Source: an uncultured virus (IMG/VR IMGVR_UViG_3300020294_000004) (Duplodnaviria; Heunggongvirae; Uroviricota; Caudoviricetes; Crassvirales). From it: a stretch of DNA of 64,000 nt. Below the pieces are notes generated by a model. It worked only from the letters and a program-made list of their open reading frames with translations, searched no databases and was not told the origin of the DNA. Positions 36,581 through 47,328 of this stretch are shown here, in pieces (position 1 is the first letter of the stretch; each line of letters opens with the position of its first letter). The translations under genes and the position numbers were made by a program. The stretch is taken from IMG/VR virus record IMGVR_UViG_3300020294_000004; one strand, written 5' to 3'.

Positions 36581-39500
36581 TTAAAATTTTTTCTTTTTAG
36601 ATTTTTTCTTTATTACACGTCTTGTTTTTTTGGTTTTTGTAGACTTAGTTTTTACATCTTTAATACCTAAATCCCAATCAGACCAACCTGCTATTAAGGC
36701 TATTCTTTGCCAAGCTTCTAAATCTGATCTACTTGAGTTTCTAATATTATCAATTTTTTTAAATGCCCTGTCTAATGGTATGTTGGTTGTTGCAGCTATA
36801 ACTTGACCTGCTGCTAAATAAGCTGGGTTGTCTATAGACCAACCTTTTTCTAACATTTCTTTTTTATTCCAAGAATAAGATCTACCTGCTGCTTGTATTT
36901 TTCTTATTTTAGATCCTAAAGGTGGAGATGCTTGTGCTAGTTCTAAAACTGCATCTTGATATTTAGGTGATTTCTTTTTACTTTCTTTTTCTAATTTAAT
37001 CAGTGTATTTTTTATAGTAGCAAAAACAACACCGCCAACTCCTGTACCTCTTATAATACTATCTGCCATACTATTTAATATACTATAGTATTTTTTCTCT
37101 CTTTTTTCTTCTTCTTCTTCTGTATCACCAAAACCTAAAGCAAATGCGGCTTGTTGTAGCGAATTAAATATTAAGTTTTGTACAAACCCATAATATAGTA
37201 TTTTAGATATATTGGTCTTTGCATCTCCTCGGCTATTCTTAAGATCACTAGCGGCTTTTTTAATTAATCTAGCATATTGCATTGGAGTATTTTGAAAAGC
37301 TAATATAATACGTCCTAATGGTCCTGCTTGCTGTGAACTAATTCTATCAGGTCTACTTGATTGTTGAGACTCTTCTGCAACCTCTCTAAAATCTTGAAAT
37401 GCTTGTTTTTCTGCTTCTTTAGCTGTTAATCCTTGTTTTTCTAATGTTTTTATTCTATTCCTATAAAAAGTAGCACCACCAGATGATATAGCAAAACTAT
37501 CTGCAAGTTGTGTAGGTAAAAATCCTAATCTTAATAACTCACTAATAACACCTCTTACACCACCTTTTTTAGCGAGCTCAGCAATATCAGCTTCATTTAC
37601 ATTTAATTTAAGACCAGCTCTTCTATCTACTAAAAAATCAGAGTTAAATAATTTTTTAAAGTCAGTCCAAAATTGTGGTTGATTAGCAAAAGCTTTTGAT
37701 GCAGCTAAAATATTATTATCTTTAAAGTTTATAAAGTTAACTGTAGATATGGTTTGAAGTACAGCTGATCTCATATTAAAAAACATAATAGCACCAATAG
37801 AGTTACTTAGCCAATCTGTAAATCTACCTGTTAATGAATCACCTGGAAAAGTTTTGTTTCTTCCAGTTTGCATACGTTTAAGTATATTTTCCAATGAACC
37901 TCTATATTCTTTACCATATATAGCTTCAAGCTTATTTAAGTTTTCTTGGCTAAATATTTCATCTACATTTTGTTGCCATACTTCTAAATATTTTGCTCTT
38001 TTAGTTGTATTAATACCTTCTATTAAATCAGTTGTAATAGTACCAGCATTCCAACCATCTCTTGGTGCAGCATATAAATCACCTTTTTGTAATGCAATTA
38101 ATTGATTAGCAAATAACTTTAAATCTTTTTTACTATTTACAAAGTCTACTAGTTCTTTAACGTCTGATTCTTTCATGCCTGGAATATCCATAGCTTGTTG
38201 ATCCCATATATAAATTCTTACCGCTTGTTCTTGTGTAAAACCTTCACCTGGTATTTTTTTCTTTAATGTTTTAGGTATAACTTTTAACTCTTTTTTTAAT
38301 GCTTTAAAATCATTCATTAAAGCAACTCTATCTCTAGTTAAATTATCCATTGCTCTTGCAAAAGGATTTAATAAATGTGCCTTATACCAAGCCATTTGGC
38401 TATTACCAAGTTTACCTTTACCTAGTGTTTTATATAATAAACCTACAAAATCTTCAGCTGATGGTGGTATAAAGAAATTAAATCTACCTTTATTAGCACC
38501 AACTACTTGTGCTTTTACTTTAGAATATGTTTTATCTGCAGCAATACCTGTTTTCTTTTCTAGTATTTCATTAAAACCTTTACTTAAATTAGCTGATTTA
38601 CTAAATTTTGTTTCTTCTTTTACACTAGCATTATCAACTTCAGCCATTTTATTTAATACTTCTGTATTATTAAAATTACCTTTAAGTTTATCAACTGGAG
38701 GTAAAATACTATTATTAAGTTTTGAAGCTAATATTTTATTACCACCAACGTTTAAAACAATTTCAGCTTGTTGTTCATTTTGCATTGATAGTGTTTCAGT
38801 ATCAGACAAAACTTTTTTTGCTTCATTTGTTAATGTAGGAACAGCAATTCTACTAATAGTAAAGTTACCATTTGCTCTTGGTTTACTTGGTTTCCATTGT
38901 GTTCTAACTTCTACATCAATTAATTTTCCATCTTTATTTTCTTGTAATAAAGAAGCAACAGGAAAATTTTGAGGATTTTTGTTCATATAAAAAGTACCTA
39001 TATCTCCAAAATCTATATAATATGTATTTTTTCTATTATAAATATCACTAACAAAATCTATAGGTAATTTTAATCTTTTTTCAACAGCTTTATTTTGTTT
39101 TGCTAATTGTCTTTTTGCTCCATAATAAGCACCAGGTGTAACTACTATATTTATTTTATCACCTCTTTTTTCTTCAAATATTTCATTAGGATATTTTTCT
39201 TTAATAAAATCTATTAAAACATTTCTATTATTAGAATCTTCTTTTATTATACGATCAATATATTTTTTATCAGCTCTGTTTTCAGTAGCATAAACTTTAT
39301 TTTTTTTATTTCTGTGTAAATAAACTTGACTTAATCGAGCTTGATCATTTTTCTTTACTTCAATAAAAACTTTGTCACCATTTAATATAAATTCTATATC
39401 TACTTTTTGAGCATCTTTATTTAATTCTACTTGAGTTATTTTAATACCAGGAATTTTATTTTCTAATATTTTAATATTTTTTAAAACTGTTTCTTCAGCA

Positions 39501-42500
39501 TTAGGCCAAGCCATTTTGTCAGCTGCTTTTCTTGCTTTAATATAAGGTTGAAAATATTTTTTATTATATACATCAAAAAGCTCATCTGTTAATTCATTAT
39601 TTATATCAACAAGAGCTTTATCAATAGAGTTTTTAGTTAATCTTGTATTAAGTTTTTTTCCTAATTCAATTACATATTCTGGTGCACCTTTAAATGATTT
39701 GCTAAATTTTAAACCAGGATCTCGTTCTACTTTTTCTAATAATTGTTCTCTATCTTTTTCTACTACTTTTCTACCTTGTGCTTCTTCAGCTCTTGCTCTT
39801 CTTTGTTTTGATTCTGTTTCAGCTGTAACCTCTGGTAAAGCATCTTTAACTAAGTTTTCAGCTATTACACCTGCAAAAGCATTACGTTTTTTACTTGTAA
39901 AAAAGTCTGCAACTTGTTCTGCAGTAACATCAAGTCTTTCATATAGTTTAGGCCCAGACAGTCTATTTGTACCTTTAGGTAATTTACCTTCTTCAATTGC
40001 TTTGTCAACCTGTGTAGGGCTAATATTGTTGGCTACTATTTTAGCAAATATTTTATCTTTTTGTAATCTTTCTAACTTAACTAAGTCTTGCACTGGTAGT
40101 GTTTTAACTATCTCAAGTTTTTGATTATCAGTTAAATCATTTAATAAATCTCTAATTTCAGTAAGATATTCATCTCTTGCCTGTTTGTTTATTTGACTTC
40201 TAAGTTTTTTATCACTAAGATCAGGTAATTTACCTTTAACAATATTACGTGCTATTTCTAAACCTCTTTTTCTTTCTACACCAACTATTTTTCTTAATTT
40301 AGAAGCTGTTTGTGTTTCTGGTATTACTTCTTCAACTGTTTCTTGTACTTCAGTTACACCCTTAGCTTCAGTTACATCGTCTTCAAATACTTCTTTAGTA
40401 GCAGCTTCACCTTTTTTAAATACATTACCTATTTTGTTTTGTAGCTGTGAATTAATCCAACCAGATAAACTATTGTTTTGTTCTGGATTAAAATTTCTTA
40501 TATGTGGTATTAATTCTTCTACAGTACCACTTACAAAATCTTCTTGTGAAAAACCAGGTGGCCTATCTATAGGTATTTTACTTTCAATTAAACCTTGAAG
40601 TTTAGGAAATATTTTAGATAATGTTTCATCTGCTTTACCTGCATCCCATTCAGCTTTAGTTAATGTGTATTGGCCATCAGTTTTAGGGCCTACTAATGCG
40701 TCTATATCTGCAGATCTTGAAAATTTAGTATCTTGATCTTGTTGTTGTGTATCAATAGCTTGTAAAATATCTCTACTTATTTGACCTTGATCCATGCTCT
40801 TACTATATTCGCGCATGAAATTATAAACGTCTCTACCTGTATCAAATTTAATTTTACTAAAACCTACAGTTCTTAATATTGGTGTTATTAAATCACCTAG
40901 TTTAGTAAATAAATTTTCATTATAAGATATTTCTCCAGCTGCTATAGCATCAGAAAACTGAGTTATAAATTCATCTGGATTATTTTTTATATAATTAGCA
41001 TCATAATTATCTGTAAGTCTTTTATTAACTATATTTATTTGATTAGTAGATAATTGTTTTTTAAAATCTTCAAGTATTTTGTTATCTATTTTTGCAGCAT
41101 TAGCTAATATACCATGTAATAGTTCGTGACTTCCTACAGTTACTTTTTCTTTTTTAGCTGCTTCAACTTTATCAATGTATATTTTATTGTCTTTAGGACT
41201 ATATGCACCTTCTACACCACTAACCTTTTTGCCTTTTTTATCTACAAACACTTCGTCTATAATTTTTTGATCTTCAGGTCTTTGTTCTACATCTAACACT
41301 TGTACTTCTATACCTAATTTTTGTGCTGTATCTTCAGTAAAAGCAATATCTTTTTCTATTAATAAATTACCAAGCTCTGTATTTATTTCATCTATTCTAG
41401 CTTGTTGAGTTTGTGTTAAAGCAGAGTTGTTTACTTCTTTAACAATTTGTTTTAATTTATCTAATTCTATAAGCTTATTAGTTGCTTCTGTTTCTTGTGT
41501 AGCCTTTAAATTTAAACTTTTTATTCTGTTAACAGCGCCTTGGGTTTTAATAAAATTTTCTTTTATTTCATTACCTTGTTCTACTGTTATTTCGTTGTTG
41601 TTTATTTTTCTATCAACTTCATAATTTAAAAGCTTTTGAGATTTTTTAAGCTTACTTATTTCTATTTTAGAATCTGTTATATTACTGTCTTCAAAAGCAT
41701 CTGCAATATTTTTATATTTATTTTCTTTTTTAAGTATAGAAGATGTTTTAACTTCATCTTGAAGTGTTCTAACTTGAGCAGCATACGTTCCTAAACTAGT
41801 AAATTTACCATAAGGCCCTATTAAACCTTCATCAAGTATTTCTTTTGCACTTAATTCTTGTTCAGAAGCTAAAAGCCCAGCTGTTTCACCTAACATACCA
41901 ACACCAGCTTCCGTTGTAATAGTTGCTCCACCGCCCGCTGTAAGTGCAGCTGCTTTAGTAAGTTTTCCTGAACCTTTACCAATTTGTTTTGTTACAGCAC
42001 GACCTGCTTTTACTGGTGTTAATGCTAAAAGAGTTTCTATGGCAGCTACTGACATACCTCTTCTTTCACCTTTTTTAATAATATCTTTTATAAAATCTTC
42101 ATCTTGAAGTTTTTTTTCTAGTTTTTCTTGAGTTAACTCACCTTCAATGCTTTCATTTAAAAGTTCAGAAAATAAAAGATTTGATTCTAGTTGTTTCATT
42201 GCACCAAAATACATACCTCTTATTCCAAAACTAATACCACCAGCTGTAGACGTTGCTGGTGCAAGAGGTCCAGATAAAGTACCCGCAGCTACACCTACAG
42301 GAGCAGCCAAAGCACCTGCGGTTAATGCAGATTTTCTAACACCAGATACAGCAAGTGAACCACTTATTGTTGCTAAAGATTGCATAAATTTAGGAAAACC
42401 AGATTCAGGGTTTTCATATAATGCTTTTAAATAAGCACTTACTCCATTACTACCTTCTTTTACTAATCTATCATACTCTTTATTAAATCTAGTTATAGAT

Positions 42501-42910
42501 TCTATTTCTTTATTGTTTTGTATTTCTTGATTTGCTTGAATATATTTTAAAAGGCTTTCATCTTTAATCTCATTGTTTTCAAAATCGTCTTGTAAAGCTT
42601 CTACTGCTCTTTGTAGTTCTATATTTTCAAGCCCTTCCATAAAAGCTCTATATGATTCTTCTATTATACTTTCACTTTCTTTACCACCTTCTGTTTCGTT
42701 ATCTACTTCTGCTACAGTAGTTGGTTCTTTTTCAGTTATATTTGAATCATAATCAGTATTAAATTGATCAAAGCTACCTGTATAATAATCATTATCATTT
42801 AATTTATTATATAACTCTTGATAATTTTCACCACCATAGTCTGATTGAAATTGTTCAAACGTACCTGTATATAAACCTTGATTATATAGCGAGTTATATA
42901 GTTCTTTCAT
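36581..42910 (-). CDS. giant internal/ejected virion protein, polyvalent
   Basis: 2109 aa; HELLH zincin motif, sigma-region-2-like segment, D..EVK nuclease-like motif, three KFS[RK]S motifs. Confidence 0.7.
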   Translation of the reverse strand: MKELYNSLYNQGLYTGTFEQFQSDYGGENYQELYNKLNDNDYYTGSFDQFNTDYDSNITEKEPTTVAEVDNETEGGKESESIIEESYRAFMEGLENIELQRAVEALQDDFENNEIKDESLLKYIQANQEIQNNKEIESITRFNKEYDRLVKEGSNGVSAYLKALYENPESGFPKFMQSLATISGSLAVSGVRKSALTAGALAAPVGVAAGTLSGPLAPATSTAGGISFGIRGMYFGAMKQLESNLLFSELLNESIEGELTQEKLEKKLQDEDFIKDIIKKGERRGMSVAAIETLLALTPVKAGRAVTKQIGKGSGKLTKAAALTAGGGATITTEAGVGMLGETAGLLASEQELSAKEILDEGLIGPYGKFTSLGTYAAQVRTLQDEVKTSSILKKENKYKNIADAFEDSNITDSKIEISKLKKSQKLLNYEVDRKINNNEITVEQGNEIKENFIKTQGAVNRIKSLNLKATQETEATNKLIELDKLKQIVKEVNNSALTQTQQARIDEINTELGNLLIEKDIAFTEDTAQKLGIEVQVLDVEQRPEDQKIIDEVFVDKKGKKVSGVEGAYSPKDNKIYIDKVEAAKKEKVTVGSHELLHGILANAAKIDNKILEDFKKQLSTNQINIVNKRLTDNYDANYIKNNPDEFITQFSDAIAAGEISYNENLFTKLGDLITPILRTVGFSKIKFDTGRDVYNFMREYSKSMDQGQISRDILQAIDTQQQDQDTKFSRSADIDALVGPKTDGQYTLTKAEWDAGKADETLSKIFPKLQGLIESKIPIDRPPGFSQEDFVSGTVEELIPHIRNFNPEQNNSLSGWINSQLQNKIGNVFKKGEAATKEVFEDDVTEAKGVTEVQETVEEVIPETQTASKLRKIVGVERKRGLEIARNIVKGKLPDLSDKKLRSQINKQARDEYLTEIRDLLNDLTDNQKLEIVKTLPVQDLVKLERLQKDKIFAKIVANNISPTQVDKAIEEGKLPKGTNRLSGPKLYERLDVTAEQVADFFTSKKRNAFAGVIAENLVKDALPEVTAETESKQRRARAEEAQGRKVVEKDREQLLEKVERDPGLKFSKSFKGAPEYVIELGKKLNTRLTKNSIDKALVDINNELTDELFDVYNKKYFQPYIKARKAADKMAWPNAEETVLKNIKILENKIPGIKITQVELNKDAQKVDIEFILNGDKVFIEVKKNDQARLSQVYLHRNKKNKVYATENRADKKYIDRIIKEDSNNRNVLIDFIKEKYPNEIFEEKRGDKINIVVTPGAYYGAKRQLAKQNKAVEKRLKLPIDFVSDIYNRKNTYYIDFGDIGTFYMNKNPQNFPVASLLQENKDGKLIDVEVRTQWKPSKPRANGNFTISRIAVPTLTNEAKKVLSDTETLSMQNEQQAEIVLNVGGNKILASKLNNSILPPVDKLKGNFNNTEVLNKMAEVDNASVKEETKFSKSANLSKGFNEILEKKTGIAADKTYSKVKAQVVGANKGRFNFFIPPSAEDFVGLLYKTLGKGKLGNSQMAWYKAHLLNPFARAMDNLTRDRVALMNDFKALKKELKVIPKTLKKKIPGEGFTQEQAVRIYIWDQQAMDIPGMKESDVKELVDFVNSKKDLKLFANQLIALQKGDLYAAPRDGWNAGTITTDLIEGINTTKRAKYLEVWQQNVDEIFSQENLNKLEAIYGKEYRGSLENILKRMQTGRNKTFPGDSLTGRFTDWLSNSIGAIMFFNMRSAVLQTISTVNFINFKDNNILAASKAFANQPQFWTDFKKLFNSDFLVDRRAGLKLNVNEADIAELAKKGGVRGVISELLRLGFLPTQLADSFAISSGGATFYRNRIKTLEKQGLTAKEAEKQAFQDFREVAEESQQSSRPDRISSQQAGPLGRIILAFQNTPMQYARLIKKAASDLKNSRGDAKTNISKILYYGFVQNLIFNSLQQAAFALGFGDTEEEEEKREKKYYSILNSMADSIIRGTGVGGVVFATIKNTLIKLEKESKKKSPKYQDAVLELAQASPPLGSKIRKIQAAGRSYSWNKKEMLEKGWSIDNPAYLAAGQVIAATTNIPLDRAFKKIDNIRNSSRSDLEAWQRIALIAGWSDWDLGIKDVKTKSTKTKKTRRVIKKKSKKKKF

Positions 42911-42912
42911 TA

Positions 42913-44514
42913 TTAGTTTTTATCTAAAAATCCTTTTTTAATGTTTATACCAGAGTTAGGATCTACACCAGTAATAGTGTTTCTAAAATCAAATAATAAT
43001 TTTTGACTAGCATCACTTCCTCCAGTATAAAGTTCAGCCATTCTATTTAACCATTGATTTCTTCCTTCTACTCTATCTCCAGTAGCGCCTGGTATACTAT
43101 CACCACTTGGATCATTTAAATAATATACGGTATCTTGATATTCTTCTTTTGTAACTTTATCTTTTCCTTCTCCTTCTGTAATTTCAACTTTTTCAGAAAC
43201 AGTTATAGTATTATTTTGAGGGTTATACGCTATTTCTTGTGTATCAGAGTCTAATGCTGATTCTACATGAGCAACTTGTTGTTGTGGTGATTTGTTAGAT
43301 AAATTTAATAAATCTTGTAAAGTTAGTTTGTTACCTTTAATACTACCTCCTTTTGAAGACTTAATCTTAGGATCTTTTATTGGTGAACCAGCTAACCTCA
43401 TTTTAGGTACTTGAGTTAATGCTTTTAATTGTAAACCCTCTATAATAGCTTGTGTTGATGATTGATTTAGTTTAGTTGCTACACCATTAGGCATTTGAAA
43501 ATTACCTACCTGTAAATCTTCACCTACACTATATTTTTTCATCATATTATTTTTAATATCTTTTGGTAAACTATCCCAAAAAGCTTCAGCTGTATTAACA
43601 TCTTTAGCATAACTTAACGCCACAGCTTCTGCTTGAGGTGCTAATTGTTGAGCAACCATATCCATATTAGTTTTATAAACTGGTTGTAACATACCATCTT
43701 CGCTTGTTTTAACATATGTTACGCTAGGTGCCATTACTCCATCAATCATTTGACCCATTAAAAACTGATCATCAACCTTACCTGTTTTAACATTAATTGC
43801 TTTTATTTTGTTTTCTAAAATATCTTGCATTTCATTTGTACTTTCAGGTATTATACCTGGTTCATAACCAAAAAACAAAGCGGCTTTAGTTTCAGTTGGG
43901 GATTCAAGTCTTTCACCTTCGTGTCTTACAGACCAATCACCATCTTTATCTACAAACCAAGTCATAGTACCTGGATTCATACCTGTAGTAATAGCCATTT
44001 TTTTACCCCATTCTAAAGCCTTAGGGTTATTTAAATTTAAATTACCTTCTGTATTTAATGATCCTTGAGTATCTTCTGTAAACACACCCATAGCATCATT
44101 CATAAGCTGTACATTTGTAGCTCCAGCATTTAATCTTTGTTTATATGAACCAACTTCATTTAACAATGCTCTTTGTTCTTCAGGTGTAGAAGCTTGTCTA
44201 GCTCTTCCAGCTAAATCACCCATCATATTTATTTGCTCCATAAACATAGCAGTAAGTTGTGGATTTTTATTACCAGCTTTTTGAAGTTGATCTAAATACT
44301 TGTCTTGGTTTTTTAATGTCCAATCCATAGTCCACTTCATTTGTTCATTTGCAGCTCTTTGTCTTTCAGTTTCTTGCGCTACTTTTTTATCTATAATACC
44401 AGCTGTAACAGCACCAATATTTCTAATAGTGTCAGCATAGATCATATCTGCTTCTCTATCTATAACTGCTACTGGATTTTCGTAAGCGCCTGATTTATAA
44501 TATTGTTTTGCCAT
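42913..44514 (-). CDS. putative internal virion protein
   Basis: 533 aa, helical and Gln-rich, between tail genes and the giant protein. Confidence 0.55.
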   Translation of the reverse strand: MAKQYYKSGAYENPVAVIDREADMIYADTIRNIGAVTAGIIDKKVAQETERQRAANEQMKWTMDWTLKNQDKYLDQLQKAGNKNPQLTAMFMEQINMMGDLAGRARQASTPEEQRALLNEVGSYKQRLNAGATNVQLMNDAMGVFTEDTQGSLNTEGNLNLNNPKALEWGKKMAITTGMNPGTMTWFVDKDGDWSVRHEGERLESPTETKAALFFGYEPGIIPESTNEMQDILENKIKAINVKTGKVDDQFLMGQMIDGVMAPSVTYVKTSEDGMLQPVYKTNMDMVAQQLAPQAEAVALSYAKDVNTAEAFWDSLPKDIKNNMMKKYSVGEDLQVGNFQMPNGVATKLNQSSTQAIIEGLQLKALTQVPKMRLAGSPIKDPKIKSSKGGSIKGNKLTLQDLLNLSNKSPQQQVAHVESALDSDTQEIAYNPQNNTITVSEKVEITEGEGKDKVTKEEYQDTVYYLNDPSGDSIPGATGDRVEGRNQWLNRMAELYTGGSDASQKLLFDFRNTITGVDPNSGINIKKGFLDKN

Positions 44515-44531
44515 GTTTTATTTTTTTACTA

Positions 44532-45404
44532 TCAAAACGTTAGTTTAGTAGGAGTTATGTCCATTGGTGTGTAATTTGCAAATCTAGAAAAATCATTACT
44601 TGGACCTAAATAAGGAACACCTGCACTACTAGTACTTGCTTGACTACTAATGCCATAAGGCCCAGTTTTTCCACCTCCGCCTCCTAATCCAGATAAAGAT
44701 CCTGCTATATCTCCAACAGCTCCAATACCACTACTAATATAACCAGCTTTACTAGCCCTTTCAGCAACTTGTTGTTGTTGAGCACCAGTTATTTGTGCTT
44801 GTACTCTATTTAATTGTTCACCTTCTCTTCTTTCTCTTTCACCATATACAAATTCTTTTCCTACTGCCTCTGCTTGTTGTATTCTTCTTGCTTCACCTAA
44901 TTGCTGTCCTTGAACTCTAATAGATTCATTCATTCTTGCTGATTGTAAGTTAATTTCTCCATCAGCTCTTAGTTTTTGATTATAAGCCTCTTGTTTTTCT
45001 ATACTAGAACTAATACCTCTTTTACTTTGTAATGCAGCTTGTGCTAAAGCTGTTGCTCCACCAGCTGAGGCACCACTAGCTTGTAATGCATCTAGTGTAT
45101 TTGCTAAGGCAATATCAGCTTCTTCTGCTTGAAATTCAGCAGCTTGAGTAGCTACAGATAGATTATTATAAGGATTTGAAAGCTCATTACTAGTATTAAA
45201 TATCATACTAGATAAACTAGTTACACCTTCAAAAGGGTTTATAATAGCTTGTCTGCTTTTTTCTAAACCTTCAAGTTTATCTTCTAATCTTGCTGCTTTT
45301 CTACCTGCTCTTTTAGCTCTCTTACCAGCTCCAATAGCTCCTGCTGTAGAAGCGCCTGCTGACAGTAAAGCAGCTCCTGCTGTTATTGCTGTTACTACTC
45401 CCAT
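44532..45404 (-). CDS. putative ejection/pilot protein
   Basis: Ala/Gly-rich hydrophobic N-terminus and Q/A-rich coiled coil. Confidence 0.6.
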   Translation of the reverse strand: MGVVTAITAGAALLSAGASTAGAIGAGKRAKRAGRKAARLEDKLEGLEKSRQAIINPFEGVTSLSSMIFNTSNELSNPYNNLSVATQAAEFQAEEADIALANTLDALQASGASAGGATALAQAALQSKRGISSSIEKQEAYNQKLRADGEINLQSARMNESIRVQGQQLGEARRIQQAEAVGKEFVYGERERREGEQLNRVQAQITGAQQQQVAERASKAGYISSGIGAVGDIAGSLSGLGGGGGKTGPYGISSQASTSSAGVPYLGPSNDFSRFANYTPMDITPTKLTF

Positions 45405-45405
45405 G

Positions 45406-45813
45406 TTATATTTGTTTTGTTATTTCGTAAGATGCTTTTTCATCTATACTCCAATTAAGTTTTTTATGTATATTTATTAATGATTTGTTTCTACCTATAG
45501 AAAACATATATTTTTTATTATTGTTTTTACAAAATATTTCTGCTGATTGTATTAATGTTTCAATAGCTTCTTTTCTATCTTTTTCTTTATATTTTGGATT
45601 AGATATAATCCATTCTAATAAAACAGCTGCAGAGTTTGTAAAATACAAAAAACCCGCAACTATAGGTGTATTATTTTTTTCTATTATTAATCCACCTGTT
45701 CCATTGTCAGGTAAAAAATCTTTTGGAGGATTAACCCAACTAGGCCAAGCATCCCACCAAGATACTAATGTATCCCAATCATTTTCTGTAAGTTTACGTA
45801 TATTAAATTTCAT
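45406..45813 (-). CDS. GNAT-like acetyltransferase
   Basis: IR.LTEND...LIIE...VAGFLY...LEWIISNP; such genes often precede podovirus internal protein genes. Confidence 0.55.
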   Translation of the reverse strand: MKFNIRKLTENDWDTLVSWWDAWPSWVNPPKDFLPDNGTGGLIIEKNNTPIVAGFLYFTNSAAVLLEWIISNPKYKEKDRKEAIETLIQSAEIFCKNNNKKYMFSIGRNKSLINIHKKLNWSIDEKASYEITKQI

Positions 45814-45822
45814 TTAATTTGT

Positions 45823-47295
45823 TTAATATGCAGATTCTACATAATCTGATGAAGCTGCAAAAAGTTCTTTCATACCTCCTGGATCTGTTAAAGTATCAGT
45901 AGATATTTTAACTGTTGCAAAATATCCTTTAATACCTGTCATTTTATTACCAAATATAATTTCTCCAGGAGCTGCCGTACTATTGTTTACTAAATTAGCC
46001 ATATATTTATTTTCTTTTCTAGTAAACCCAGCATAATTAACTGGTGGTACAAGTGGTTTTGTATTGGCTGTAATTGGTGTAGTAGTAGTATTAACAAATG
46101 TATTACCATGATTATCATATGAACCTTCGTTAAAACTATATATAAAACTAACACTATCGTTAGTATTTACTGTACTAAAATTGTCAAAATCAATATTAGT
46201 ATATCCTATACCTGTAGAATCTGATATAAAACTATCTACCTGCCAACCATTACTACCTTCGTAATTTATTGTTTTAAATACTTTAGATACACTTACATTA
46301 GGATTAAAAATAAATTCTATTGAAGCTTTACTCTGTGTACCATAAAAATTACATCGAGGTTGTGTATCTATATAATGTTGATATAAACCAGCTGTATCTG
46401 TACTACCAACAACAGATGGTCCTGTTGTATAAAACTTATTTCTTAAACTTAACATCATACCAGGTTTATAACTATATAAACTAGTCCAACCTTGTACTGT
46501 TTCATCAAAAGATAGTGTTTTATATTCTATTCCAGTGTTAGAAGGTTGTATAGATAAAACATATTGTTTATTATATATATCCCAACCACCTTGTAGTTTA
46601 CCTGTACCTAATGTACCAAATTGATCTCTAAAGAAATCAATCATACCATAGTTAGATATTTCTGTTAAACCATCTTGTGATAGTCTCATTACAGCATTTC
46701 TATCTTTATCAGTAAAATATTTTCTTCTACCATATACAGCAAAGCTTTCAGGATTTTTACTTATACCAAAGTTACCTACATAAGCTTGTATTTGGCCTAT
46801 TACATTAGGCCCAGATGTTATAGTTGCATTACCTTCTGCAGAATAAATAGCATCTTTATCTATTAACGCTCTACTTATTTTCTTTTCTTGGAATATAATT
46901 AAGTTAGTGTCTTCTGCATAAATTTTTTGTATACTACCATTTGCAGGGTCTACACTTTTAATTATATCTTCACCTACAGAAAATACATTGGTGTCATTTA
47001 TACCTGTTCTTGAATTAAATATACCTGAGTAAATAAGCGAGTTAATTCTAAATGAAGCATTAGGACTATCTTCTACTAAAAATGCTTTAACTCCTTGGCC
47101 AACATAAGTATTGTTATATCCACCTCTAATTCTTGCTTCTTCAACAGCCCAGTTATTCATGTTAGCAGGTAAAGTACCTAAAGTAGCATCACCTCTAGAG
47201 CCATTCCATCCTACAGCAGAAGGCTGTGTGCCATCTGTTGCGGTTTTACGAAGTATAAAACTATTAAAATATTTTACCTCTATAGTTGCTGCCAT
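45823..47295 (-). CDS. tail tubular/stabilisation protein, C-terminal-type part
   Basis: GSIQK, GISKNPESFA.YG..YFTD, RLS.DGLT.IS, GWTS, K.FKTINYEG, KENKY. Confidence 0.65.
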   Translation of the reverse strand: MAATIEVKYFNSFILRKTATDGTQPSAVGWNGSRGDATLGTLPANMNNWAVEEARIRGGYNNTYVGQGVKAFLVEDSPNASFRINSLIYSGIFNSRTGINDTNVFSVGEDIIKSVDPANGSIQKIYAEDTNLIIFQEKKISRALIDKDAIYSAEGNATITSGPNVIGQIQAYVGNFGISKNPESFAVYGRRKYFTDKDRNAVMRLSQDGLTEISNYGMIDFFRDQFGTLGTGKLQGGWDIYNKQYVLSIQPSNTGIEYKTLSFDETVQGWTSLYSYKPGMMLSLRNKFYTTGPSVVGSTDTAGLYQHYIDTQPRCNFYGTQSKASIEFIFNPNVSVSKVFKTINYEGSNGWQVDSFISDSTGIGYTNIDFDNFSTVNTNDSVSFIYSFNEGSYDNHGNTFVNTTTTPITANTKPLVPPVNYAGFTRKENKYMANLVNNSTAAPGEIIFGNKMTGIKGYFATVKISTDTLTDPGGMKELFAASSDYVESAY

Positions 47296-47298
47296 AAC

Positions 47299-47327
47299 TT
47301 ATTATTACTTATTTATTTATCTTATTA
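47299..47327 (-). promoter_or_regulatory. putative class II promoter (variant)
   Basis: Reverse complement TAAT-N15-GTAATAATAA, just before the ATG at 47295. Confidence 0.4.
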
Positions 47328-47328
47328 C

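Noticed and set aside
36581..42910. Virion RNA polymerase
   Set aside because: No DxDxD-type or T7-like polymerase catalytic motif was recognised.
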